This document shows positions 22,963 to 32,981 of a stretch of 64,000 bases of DNA, piece by piece. Every line of letters starts with the position of its first letter. Within the stretch, counting starts at the first letter, position 1. The stretch is from Eutreptiella sp. 'Long Island Sound 2002' (Eukaryota; Protista; Euglenida). The DNA lies in assembly GCA_964036045.1 (NCBI GenBank), contig OZ038379.1, positions 12,462,001-12,526,000 of the forward strand, written 5' to 3'. The notes beneath the pieces were generated by a model. That model was given only the letters and a program-made list of their open reading frames with translations, made no database searches and had not been told where the DNA came from. The position numbers were made by a program, and so were the translations under genes.

Positions 22963-24102
22963 GGGGGAACGTTAGCGCGCCGGGCGCGCGCCGGGCGCGC
23001 GCCGGGCATCTTTTTGGACCCGTGCCCCTCTAGTGGCCTTTTAGGGGGTGCACTAAGGGGGCGCACTTAGCACAGTGCAGCTATTTGGGCGCCTAGCTGT
23101 ACTAGAGACCCACACTTTGAGATACTAGGAGCATCATGGTGACCCCCGGCTTAGGTTTTGACTTCTGATTTTGTCTCTTTTGTTGGGGACCCCCGAGAAT
23201 GCAGGGGTGACGTAGCATTTCCGCCCTCTTTTGGGCCCCAACCTTCCGGTGCTATTGAGGAAACCGGGACAATCTTTGAATCCTAAGTATGCGTCGCATG
23301 TTTACAAGGTGACTGTTGCCGTTGATATGTTGGGCAACATTATATGGATTTGCCCCTTGGCCCCCGGGACATCAGCAGATGTTTTGATTTGGGATGGGTA
23401 CCCGAGGTGATTTCTTTGATTTTGAAGTTGGGGCCCATGATGGTGCTTATAAAGGCCGGATTCATGTCATTGTGCCATTCATTGGAAGAAAGAATGGCAC
23501 TTTGACAACCTGCCAACAATGTTACAATGATGTGCATGGGTGGTACAGGGCACGCATTGAGCAGCTGTTTGCTCGGTTGTGGCATTGGGGTTTGGTTAGG
23601 AACATTTGGCGTGGCGGCCCCAATGAGTTGCAGCAGTCAGTCCGCATTTTGTTGCATTTCACACAGTTTTGCATCCAGAGGCAAGTCCGTCACCCCCCCT
23701 ACGGACCATGGGAGCATGTCCCGCCTCAGATTTGGACTGACCAAAGCAACTCGGCCGCCACGCAAGATGAGGCAGAGGATGAGGCGGAAGTGTGTGTGTT
23801 GTGTTGCCAAAGGCGCTCCCCCGTCGCAGTTTGTGATGAGTGTAAGGAGCATTATTGTACTGAATGTATTGACACCCACACTTGTGGGACCAATGTTGTT
23901 TGTTTTTTACACTACAAATGACAGTTAGAGTGGTTGAATTCACAGATTCTGCTTTATTTTGCAACGTGCTTTGTAGGGAAGGTGTGCAGTGCAATGTGGT
24001 CTACTTGGGGGGCTTCTCCATGGGAGGGTAAATCTGGGGCTGAAGTCGGGATAGTTAATAGAAAAGTAGTGCTCCGGGTGCGCGCCGGGCAAACATTCCC
24101 CC
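22963..24102 (+). mobile_element. PIF/Harbinger-like (IS5/DDE_Tnp_4) DNA transposon, internally deleted, copy 1
   Basis: TIRs GGGGGAACGTTAGC / reverse complement GGGGGAATGTTTGC; 3-bp TSD AAG (22960-62, 24103-05); transposase remnant inside. Confidence 0.85.
23266..23921 (+). pseudogene. DDE_Tnp_4-type transposase C-terminal half with terminal Cys/His zinc finger
   Basis: NPKYASHVYKVTVAVDMLGNIIWICPLAPGTSADVLIW, HDGAY, PFIG, YNDVHGWYRARIEQLFARL; ends CVLC..CDEC..YCTEC..HTC. Confidence 0.85.
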
Positions 24103-25019
24103 AAGGTCCCCCATTGCAAAGGGGGGGTGGAGAAGTGTAGGAAGGATGAAATGCAGGGGGAAGCTGGGGATTCCCCTATGGGCAAGACCCATGACGTGAC
24201 ATAGATGCTCAGGTGCCCTTCTCCTTCTTTTTGCCCGCAGACAAGTATTGGGACCACTGCCACTTGGCCCCATCAGACGAGTGCGATTGGTGGCAGCCCA
24301 AGGCCGTCGCCCCGGCAAGGGTGCACTATGACCATTGTTCGGGGAACCAATACCAATCAGGCATGGGCTTGCCCGTAGACTGCACCTCATGGCCCACCAC
24401 ATGAACAACCTCCACTGACTGTTCTGGCGGAGCGATTGGGCAACAACGTTGTAGACGATGTGCCTCCTTTGTGGGGATGCCCCAAAGAAAATGGTCCATG
24501 TCTAGGCCCGATGAGCATAGGGGGGCGTTCCTGCAAGCGCACGCATGGCGCCCAATCGTAAGTTAGCTTTCCCGTGACCACCCTGAAAACCACCCAAGCT
24601 TGGCAAAACAGGCGATTCAGACAGCAATCTGGCATTTTTAGTGTGAAACATGGTTTGTTTCAACTCATTATCTGAGGTTTTGGACTGAGTAAGAATCTGA
24701 GTAGTCCTGTGCTTGGTAACACAGCAGTGACTACCGCAATCACCATCGCCATCGGGGAAAAACGGGTCCAAAATAGGCTACTTTTTGCACAGCATGCGCA
24801 CAGCACGGGCACAGCACACAGTGCAACCCCTAGTCCCACGAATGGTGGCCAGCCACTCAACACTTGCAGGCCTAATTGGGCATAGGCTCGGGGGTGGCTG
24901 GTGTCTGCCACAACTGTATGCCTTCATGGCCACCGCATCGAGAAATCATTTCAACCACAACCTCGATCAATTGTCTCCATCAAAAAGCTCTCTCTCAGTC
25001 AACAGCCATGCCTATGGGG

Positions 25020-25290
25020 GTGTTCGCTGTGCCCGCGCTGTGCACATGCTGTGCGAAAAGTCGGCTGTTTTTCACCACTGGTAGACACCGGTCCCAGGGT
25101 CCTGAATTCTGCACCCTACACCCCCCCTGCTGGTACACCCTGCTGGGATTTGTTTTTTAGTCTGATGCTTGCCACGGGTCCCAGGGTCCTGAATTCTGCA
25201 CCCTATGCTGTTTTAAATTGATCATACATCCTTCTGCAGTGGGTGGTTTTCATGGGTGTTCAAGATAAACAACGTAATAATTGGCGCTGT
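25020..25290 (+). repeat. Dispersed non-autonomous repeat, second copy at ~49890-50150
   Basis: ctgtgcgaa(a/g)agtcggctgtttttcaccac..gggtcccagggtcctgaattctgcaccc (twice per copy)..ataaacaacgtaataattggcgc. Confidence 0.85.
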
Positions 25291-26407
25291 GTGAGAAAAA
25301 CGCCCCCTACATCAGCTTCATTGCGGTCACATCTATACCATACCTAACCTCTCTATGCAGTCTATCCACTAACCACTAACCACTTCTGTTATTGCTCCCC
25401 ATCCACTGCTGCCGTGACCCCTACCATCCTCTTGTTTCTGTTCTCCTTGCTACTCCTACTTCCTTGTCTTGGACCTTTGTACATACGCCCTGGTGGGGTC
25501 ACTCAAGTGGATCATGAGAGTGCTCAACTCTCAAAGCTTGAGGCTGTGGTGGTTGCATCACCCAAGTCACTTCACCATTGACATGGCGTGAGGCCACTTT
25601 AAGGGCCAGTTGCATGCAGGTTGCGCGTGAGGTGCCCGCCACTGGATCAAACTACTGCAAATGGTCCCCCAGCAAAGCCCTCAAAATAGTATCCATTTGA
25701 GGTCCTCAAAATCTGGCTGCATTTGGTTCCTTGGTTGGGGCTTTGGCTATTGTAACTTGTTGGTGGCTGTTAGATGACTGTTCAACATTCTTGGAAGTTT
25801 CAAGATCATTGTTGTTGCTGTGCAAATTCTTTCTATCGGCCTGCATGTCTGCCCTGGAAGCATGGGGGAATGACACAACACTCACCATAGGCCTGAAATT
25901 GCAGATTCAAACACATGCAAGCGATCTACAAACAACAAGAGGAACATAACGGGCATGCACGCATGGTGCGTGTAGTGGCACTGGTGGTGCACAGCCACAC
26001 CCTGGGACAGAAAGAAGCCGAGCTGGTGGTGCTAGAGGACAACTAGGCAAGATTCACGAGCTTCTTGGAGACCTAGTGGGCGTGTCCGGGTCATGATGTC
26101 GTTCATGCATAATAAAGCGGGACTACCATCTAAGGCAGCAAAGGATTCATCAAAAATGTTTGCAGGTTGGTCAAGTTGGTCAGTGGGGATTTGGTGGAGG
26201 GCCATTACTCAGATTAATTACACCTTGCGCTAGTGAAGAAGCCAACCTCCAAGTGTATGTGGCTCCTATTTGTGTAACCCCCCCCCCCTCTTTAAAAGCA
26301 CACAGCTGAAATAAAAGCACACACGCTGGCATTTGTTAAATGCATCAAAACAAAAGCACGTAGCACCATTCCAGCCTCCCTGCCCCCCAAAATGAAAGCG
26401 TAAAGAC

Positions 26408-27216
26408 CAAGCATGTGCAGCCGCAGCATGCCGCAGCACCCGTTTTTTGGAGCTGCACATAGGTGTTTGGAAGCATGCCGCAGCATGCCGCGGCATCCAA
26501 AATTGCTCAGTGCATGTCCAAAATTGCTCAGTGCATGTCCAAAATTGCTCAGTGCATGTCCAGCTCCACAGGCTGGCTGCTGCTCAGATCAAGGTTTTGC
26601 AACAGGCAGCCACAGTGATGTCTGGCAAGGTGGATAATCTGCATGCAAAGACTATCAAAGGGCGAGGCAAGGCTCAAGCAGCAAGTAATTGTTTCAACCC
26701 AGAAGTACTGCAGACCAAAGAAATGATGTCTTATTCTGAGTTGTGTAAATACATACCCAATGTGCCACAATCTGAGTGGGTGCGGTATATTGCTCTGCCA
26801 CCCCGAGCCCTCTGCTGGATTCTACTGTAGCCAGAGTGGCATGGTGGGATGCCAAAAAAGATGATTTTCCGACTTTGAGTAGCATTGCTGTTTTCCTTGT
26901 CCGACGACCACGCTCTGCTTGCCATGTTGAGCGAACGTTCAGTTTGATGGGCCACATCCAGACAAAGGACCGTTTGCATATGGGCAACAACACTTTGCAC
27001 CGTTTGGCTATGATGTATGTCAACAAACCCACTACCGACGATCCGGATGGTGAAAGTGATTAATTCGGCCCAACAGTGTTATGCATGTTGTCTCTTGTTT
27101 GTGAGTTCACTTTCCAACAGATGCGTAGGTACCCACATGTGCAGGTAGAAGCATGCCGCGGCATGCCACAGCATGCCGCAGCACAAGAAAATTTTCCAAG
27201 GGACCGCACATGCTTG
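26408..27216 (+). mobile_element. Internally deleted hAT DNA transposon
   Basis: 11-bp TIR CAAGCATGTGC; perfect 8-bp TSD GTAAAGAC (26400-07, 27217-24); subterminal gcatgccgc repeats; 21-bp x3 tandem at ~26498-26561. Confidence 0.92.
26600..27063 (+). pseudogene. hAT transposase C-terminal dimerisation domain fragment
   Basis: WWDAKKDDFPTLSSIAVFLVRRPRSACHVERTFSLMGHIQTKDRLHMGNNTLHRLAMMYVN; frameshift upstream. Confidence 0.9.
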
Positions 27217-28547
27217 GTAAAGACCGTGAAATTGATTGCCAAACACATGCATTCTCAAGCCTCAAGAACAGTTACAAGAGAAGCAGCCATATGAAGCTAC
27301 AGATCGGAGCCAAAGCATGGACCGTAGGATAAAAGCCAGCAAAGAGTAAAAGCATGCAACAAAATAAAAGCAGTGCCGGCTTTTCAAAGGGGGGAGGTCT
27401 AGTCCATTTTGTAAAATAAACCCTAAGAGACAAAAAGGAACACCCTTCCAAACTCTTGGGTGCACATCATTATGACACAAGGTATGTATGGGGATGACAA
27501 GACAGGGACTTCCAACCATGGAGGCACTGTGTTGGAACAATGGGGGACAACCAGAAATTTTTTTTTAGAAAACAGGGCATTCTAGTAGTGATATAATATC
27601 ATTGTAGGCTAGAATTTTTGACCTAAAATATTCTAGTTTCAAAATCCTTGAACGTTCTAGGTTCGAGGTAAGGAGATTCGTCTCTGTGCTCTTCTGGCCA
27701 CTTTTTGTTGTCGCATATGAGAGATTCCCCGTAATCTATAAAAGGACACCACCATGTTGGCTGTGTCTTTGCATGTGCCTGGCGTCCATCACATGAAGAT
27801 GAAGGTGTTGCTAGTCCTCAACGGTCTTGGCAGTTGTTTTGTGTCTCTTGAACACATGATAGTGTGTGTCCCGTTGCTTTTGTTCAGTATGGTGTTCGTC
27901 GTCACGTGTAATAGTTTGCATAATTTCGTGCCCCTCGGGAGTTGGGCTATTAGTCTCCGGTCCAGTTCATAGGTGAATTGCACTATAAAATGATGGTTGC
28001 CAAATGGGTTGCTAGCCTCGGAGATAGGTGGCTCTTGGTTTTCTCAAGTATAGGTATATTGTTCATGGTCGTAATCTAGTATTTCTTGCACATATTATGC
28101 TATGTTTTCCTTGTGTTCCAGTGAATGTTGGTAAGGCATGTACAAGCTTTCATACTCATTCTCCATTATCTAGTATGGGCCCAGCGCTGGGGTGTTCTGT
28201 TCCTCTTGTTGTATTGTTTGTAATGAGGGAGCGTTAGTGCGTTGGGCGCGCGCAGGGCAACTTTTTGGGCTATTTTTGATTCCTACCCTTGTTTTTGGGT
28301 TGGATTCTACCCGCCGGATGGGTGAGTGGGTGGGCTTTTTGCCTGGGCTATGTAGACATATTAATTTGTCTCCACCATAGGGACCCCGAGAAGGTAGGGC
28401 TGATGGAGTCATATTGATCTGTAGTTCCGTAGGAATGGAAGTTCCGCCCGGAGTGCGTGTGTGTGTGCCCGATTGACTCCACTGGGGGCGTCTCCCTCCC
28501 TGTTGCAGATAAGTTTTTCTGTGACTGAGGTGCACTGCTCTAGTGCC

Positions 28548-29852
28548 ATGTCTGATCTGCAAAACGCTTCTGGTAGATCATCGTCTGCAACAGCGCGGGT
28601 GGGGCGCGGGGGCCGCCGGTCGAAAGGCCCAAAGCGCCCGGCTGCTCCACAGGAGTGGGAGTGGGAAAAGCTGGTTGCGGACGACAAGCAGACCCTAGAT
28701 ACCGCTTGGTGCATGCTCCTGGACATGCCAGGCCTGGCTGAGGACGTACCAGTAGAAAGCCGCACGCCTGTCCTGGACTGCGGCTTCACTTGCTGGAACT
28801 CTTCGTTGACGCTGACGACTACACACTGCGCGGTGTTGTTTCGGCGCCTGCTGGGCGTGCCCATGGTCAGCTCGGAGTTCGTGACGTACAGGGACGCGTT
28901 TCTGTTCGCCCTCTCGGTGCACTGGGACGTCGACGTCGCCAAATACGACCTGACCCCCGAGCAGTCCCAGGCAGCTTTCGCTTTCGTGGACCTGCTGGCG
29001 GCAGATCTCACATACGGGCGTGCTGGGCTCACCTCTGGGGAGGAGGCCACGGCGGGGCGGGCGTCAGCTCCAGCGCCGGGGAATCCTGCGGACGCCGACG
29101 ACCCCTCTGAAGGAGAACGTCCCGGCCACGCGGATGGCGAGCTTGAGGAGCCCGACAAGTATGCGATGACCAAGCAAAATATCCGGGCTGTACGGAAACA
29201 AGCTGGGGCGTCGCGCTGGGCAATCAGACTGGGGCGACTGCTTGAGAACATCATCATGGACACTGACGACCGCGAAAGTAACGGCGCTGGCATGGACGTC
29301 GACGGCTGGCGGAGCCAAGCAGCCACGGAGCCAGCGAACGGAGGAGGCAAGCTCGAAGTCGCGATGGAGGTGTGGTCTGTGCTGCTCCGCACGGAGGAAT
29401 GGGCACAAAAGCTTCTCAAGGACAAGCACCGCGAGGCAAAAGCCCGCCGCAAGCGCAAGGCCAAGCGGGCGGAAAAGCGCGAGCGCAAGGCCAAAGACAA
29501 AGGGCGTGGGGGCGCGAAAGGCAAAAGGTCGTATTCTTCCTCGGAGTCCTCGTCGGCATCCTCGGACTTCTCCGATAGCTCCTCCGACGACGGTGGGCGC
29601 GCGGCGCGCAAGTCATCCAGCTCATCGACGTCACCGGACTACCAGAAGGTGTTTGAAAGCACACAGCACGCCCCTGGGGCGCCGGCTTTCGTGTGGATCA
29701 AAGGGGAGCCACACTTCAGGAGTCGAAACTCAGGGGACCTGGTGAACTGCGCGCGACAGCCAAAAACCCCCTGCCGAATCTGCGGCCACTGCCACTGGTA
29801 CTGGCAGGGGGGGGCATACAGCTGCCGCGGGCAGTACGCGAAAAAGCACTGA
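28548..29852 (+). CDS. Gag-like protein of element 2
   Basis: ATG immediately follows repeat A; Lys/Arg-rich and Ser-rich tracts; C-terminal CARQPKTPCRICGHCHWYWQGGAYSC. Confidence 0.8.
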   Translation: MSDLQNASGRSSSATARVGRGGRRSKGPKRPAAPQEWEWEKLVADDKQTLDTAWCMLLDMPGLAEDVPVESRTPVLDCGFTCWNSSLTLTTTHCAVLFRRLLGVPMVSSEFVTYRDAFLFALSVHWDVDVAKYDLTPEQSQAAFAFVDLLAADLTYGRAGLTSGEEATAGRASAPAPGNPADADDPSEGERPGHADGELEEPDKYAMTKQNIRAVRKQAGASRWAIRLGRLLENIIMDTDDRESNGAGMDVDGWRSQAATEPANGGGKLEVAMEVWSVLLRTEEWAQKLLKDKHREAKARRKRKAKRAEKRERKAKDKGRGGAKGKRSYSSSESSSASSDFSDSSSDDGGRAARKSSSSSTSPDYQKVFESTQHAPGAPAFVWIKGEPHFRSRNSGDLVNCARQPKTPCRICGHCHWYWQGGAYSCRGQYAKKH

Positions 29853-31160
29853 CTCGGCGATGGGCGGAGGGGCTCTGACTCGGACTCCCCGATCCGCCCC
29901 CGCTGCCCTCGTCCAGAGGGCCCTGCCGCGCATCCGACCGACGGACAGTCAACGCCCTGCGGGTGTGGGGTTGGCGGCGCTGCCGGGGCAGTTGTTGCAA
30001 GTGATCGAGGAATCGGCGTACGGACTGCAGATGCCATCGCCCTCTCGGAGGCCATCACACGGTACCGGGGGGCGGCCGCTGCCGACTTCGCCACCACCTA
30101 CGACAGCACAGCTCTCTACGGATTCGCGAAAGACACAAGAGACAGCTATGGAGATGCGCTGCGACGCCTCGCCGTCACCGTCAGGCGACAGCCGGGTGCC
30201 AGCGCCCGGGAATGCCTGCAAGACCACATGCTTGGCCTCATCCGCACCACGGAATCGGACAGTGGCCCCCGAAAACTTCTCGCAGCGGTCAGGGTACTGG
30301 AGAAGTTCAAGTGGATCCAGCCCATCGTCTGCCCAATGGACTGGAAACTGGTCGAAGCCGTCGCCTCTTTCCATGAAAAGCGCCGGGGAGCCTCGTACAA
30401 ATTCTGGGCGTCCATGCGAGCGTTCCGCAGCCTCTGCGAGCTCGCCTCCGCACCACACGAATGGGAAGTGGTGGCGCTGGCGGCGCTCAGCATCGCATTT
30501 GGCCTCCGGGCAAAGGAAGCCGTCACCGCTTACTATGATGGATCCACCGTCCGCTGGCAAGGGGCAAAGGGGCGCAGTGGACCCTGCGAAGAGGTGCCAG
30601 GCCCCTGGACAGCCTTGTGGGCGCAGCGCCTCTGGGACCTCCGTGCGCGCCACGGTTACCACCCAGAGCGCCCGGCATGGCACAGTACTCGGCAGAGCCT
30701 GCACAAAGCTCTCAAAGACCTCGTCAATCGCCCGAACTCGGGCTGCTCGCTACTCCGCTGGCATGGCTGGCGGCGCTTCGGGAGCGCGCAGCTCCGCTGC
30801 TTGGGCGCCCCCACGGACACGCAATTGCGCTGGGGGGGCTGGGCGACGCCGGCAATGCTCCGCATTTACGCGTACCCCACGCACACGTGGGAGTTCGTTC
30901 GTGGGGGGCCGCTCATCATCCCCTCACAACAGGCGGAGACACTTGGTTGGCAGGAGCAGACGGGAACCACGTATCAGATCTGGTCACCATGGGTCCGGGC
31001 CGACCTCACCCGGGCGCAATCGGCCCCACCCCGCCCAACGCTACAGGGTCCTCCACGACCCGACGGGGAGGTTACGAGCACACCACCGATGCGGAAAAAG
31101 CGAGTTCGTACAACATCGAGCGGCACAGCAGGAGCACACGGAGCTGCGACCGCAAATTGA
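29853..31160 (+). CDS. Tyrosine recombinase of element 2 (frame open from the gag stop; first ATG at 30228)
   Basis: FGLRAKE, GAKG, RWHGWRRFG, RWGGW, LRIY; upstream YGFAKDTRDSYGDALRRL aligns with element 1 MQSWRPRTRSQYASRL. Confidence 0.9.
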   Translation, partial: LGDGRRGSDSDSPIRPRCPRPEGPAAHPTDGQSTPCGCGVGGAAGAVVASDRGIGVRTADAIALSEAITRYRGAAAADFATTYDSTALYGFAKDTRDSYGDALRRLAVTVRRQPGASARECLQDHMLGLIRTTESDSGPRKLLAAVRVLEKFKWIQPIVCPMDWKLVEAVASFHEKRRGASYKFWASMRAFRSLCELASAPHEWEVVALAALSIAFGLRAKEAVTAYYDGSTVRWQGAKGRSGPCEEVPGPWTALWAQRLWDLRARHGYHPERPAWHSTRQSLHKALKDLVNRPNSGCSLLRWHGWRRFGSAQLRCLGAPTDTQLRWGGWATPAMLRIYAYPTHTWEFVRGGPLIIPSQQAETLGWQEQTGTTYQIWSPWVRADLTRAQSAPPRPTLQGPPRPDGEVTSTPPMRKKRVRTTSSGTAGAHGAATAN

Positions 31161-32946
31161 GTTGCTGGCGCGCAAAGTGTCGAGCCTGGACGGTATACGT
31201 TGGGGGCGCCGGGAGATGGTCCGCACGGCGCTCGTTGACATGTACTTGGCGCTGCTAAACATCGATGGAGGTGCGGCGGCAGCTCCTCTTTTCCGAGATG
31301 TTCTAGAAGGCATAGCGGAAAGTGGCCTGTGCCGTCCAGACGACATGCTTTACGACGACAGTACTCCGCTGCCACCAAAGAACCAGTCCCAGAAGGTGCC
31401 CGAGCAGGTGGCAGCCAAGGGCTTGGGCCCAGCAGGACGCGTCAGCCTCGCGCGCAGCCTCTGGCGGAAATGTGTCCCGCGGGGGCTTCGGGCGATCTAC
31501 CGTCGGTGTACCAAATCCTTCTCCTGCCGGGGGGCGGCACGCCACTCCAGCGCGACAGCCCCCCTTTCTCACATGTTTGAATCGGTTCACGCTGTCACGT
31601 GTGGCGCTAAGCCCACGTCGGCCCCTGTTTCTGCCAGCGCCTTTCTTAGACCTAAGTCTTCCGACAAGTGCAGGCTGCTCCTCAATGCCACTGCCATAAA
31701 CGCTTATGATGAGCGTCCTCCTCCCAGGGTCAAGCTCCCTGCCCTCTCTGCTATCATGTCTCGCTTCCAGCACAGGCCCCTTGGGCCACTGTACATGTGT
31801 AAATTGGACTTGACCAATGCCTATTGGAGTATCATACTCCCAAGACGGTGGCGCCGCACATTTGTAGTTCAGGCAGGCCAGCGTCGGTGGCGCTTTACGC
31901 GCCTGCCATTTGGCTGGAAGTATTCTCCAGCAATCTTCTCCAGCAGCCTCGTTTCTGGGATTGTGGCGCGTGCACTGCGCGGCACAAATGTTGACTGGGA
32001 TGTCTACCTTGACGACATCCTCATCACCGCCACTAGTCCGGCGGCAGCCCGGGCAGGGGTGCAGCGTGTGGCTGCGGCTCTCCGTGATGCGGGGTTTATA
32101 ATTAGCCCCAAAAGCGAGCTGGAGCCTTCAACCTGCATCACCTTCCTCGGCAAGCGGCTGGACTCTGTTAGGCGCTCTGTTTCCAACAGCATGGACATGC
32201 TCAAGGCCACGCTGCGTTTGTGGCTGCAAGGGGTCGGCACGGGGCGCATGCCAGCGAGAGAGATGGCCCGCTTCCTGGGGCGATTACAGTGGGTCTTCAG
32301 ACCAATGGGGGGGGCATCTGTTTTCCTGGCGGGGGCCTATAATGCCATGCACCACCGCTCCCCATTTTTCAGCCGCACGCTGATCCGTGCCACTGGTACG
32401 GCTCTGCTCCTCTCCTTCCCGTCTCACGGTCTCAGTGACCCATCACATGTGCGTGTACATACTTTCTTCTCAGACGCAGCGCCCTGCGGACGGCGTTTCA
32501 GAATCGGGGTCGTTGGTTCCCCAGGTTTTTACAGATCCTACGTCTGTCCCCGCTGGGTCCGCAGCCTGCAGCAGGCAGAGCTATATGGCGTATATGGAGC
32601 TCTAAAAGCTGCAGTAGGCTGCCGGTTGCGTTCTGTGGCTGTGGGTATCGACAATGAGGCGGTCCGAGTCCAGTCCGCCTCCCTACGGGCGTCCACTGAC
32701 TGCCCTGTACAGCTGCGTCTGTTGCGACGCATCTTCTGGCTGCGGGCGTGGAGTGGCCTGCAACTGTCTGTTTTTCGAGTGCCTTCAGCGGTGAACCCCG
32801 CTGACCCTCTGAGCCGGAAGCATGAAATGCTTTCCCGGGCCTCCATGCTGAGCCTCTGCGAGCAGCGTCGGGTGGCCTGGGGGGAGTCAGACCTGCCGTT
32901 TGACCGCCTACGACAGTCCGTCCCCACTCCCAGGGTGGCTCCATGA
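29860..32946 (+). CDS. RT/RNase H polyprotein of element 2 (N-terminal ~430 codons overlap the YR gene)
   Basis: 1028-aa ORF; KLDLTNAYW, RLPFGWKYSP, YLDDIL; RNase H FFSDAA, QQAELYG, GIDNEA, NPADPLSR. Confidence 0.95.
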   Translation: MGGGALTRTPRSAPAALVQRALPRIRPTDSQRPAGVGLAALPGQLLQVIEESAYGLQMPSPSRRPSHGTGGRPLPTSPPPTTAQLSTDSRKTQETAMEMRCDASPSPSGDSRVPAPGNACKTTCLASSAPRNRTVAPENFSQRSGYWRSSSGSSPSSAQWTGNWSKPSPLSMKSAGEPRTNSGRPCERSAASASSPPHHTNGKWWRWRRSASHLASGQRKPSPLTMMDPPSAGKGQRGAVDPAKRCQAPGQPCGRSASGTSVRATVTTQSARHGTVLGRACTKLSKTSSIARTRAARYSAGMAGGASGARSSAAWAPPRTRNCAGGAGRRRQCSAFTRTPRTRGSSFVGGRSSSPHNRRRHLVGRSRREPRIRSGHHGSGPTSPGRNRPHPAQRYRVLHDPTGRLRAHHRCGKSEFVQHRAAQQEHTELRPQIELLARKVSSLDGIRWGRREMVRTALVDMYLALLNIDGGAAAAPLFRDVLEGIAESGLCRPDDMLYDDSTPLPPKNQSQKVPEQVAAKGLGPAGRVSLARSLWRKCVPRGLRAIYRRCTKSFSCRGAARHSSATAPLSHMFESVHAVTCGAKPTSAPVSASAFLRPKSSDKCRLLLNATAINAYDERPPPRVKLPALSAIMSRFQHRPLGPLYMCKLDLTNAYWSIILPRRWRRTFVVQAGQRRWRFTRLPFGWKYSPAIFSSSLVSGIVARALRGTNVDWDVYLDDILITATSPAAARAGVQRVAAALRDAGFIISPKSELEPSTCITFLGKRLDSVRRSVSNSMDMLKATLRLWLQGVGTGRMPAREMARFLGRLQWVFRPMGGASVFLAGAYNAMHHRSPFFSRTLIRATGTALLLSFPSHGLSDPSHVRVHTFFSDAAPCGRRFRIGVVGSPGFYRSYVCPRWVRSLQQAELYGVYGALKAAVGCRLRSVAVGIDNEAVRVQSASLRASTDCPVQLRLLRRIFWLRAWSGLQLSVFRVPSAVNPADPLSRKHEMLSRASMLSLCEQRRVAWGESDLPFDRLRQSVPTPRVAP

Positions 32947-32981
32947 GAGCAGGTGCAAGGCTCGCATTCGCTCGCGGGCCT

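Noticed and set aside
28409-29611. 400-aa minus-strand ORF (and other long antisense ORFs such as 12110-12901)
   Set aside because: Antisense shadows of GC-rich gag and YR genes; low complexity, no motifs
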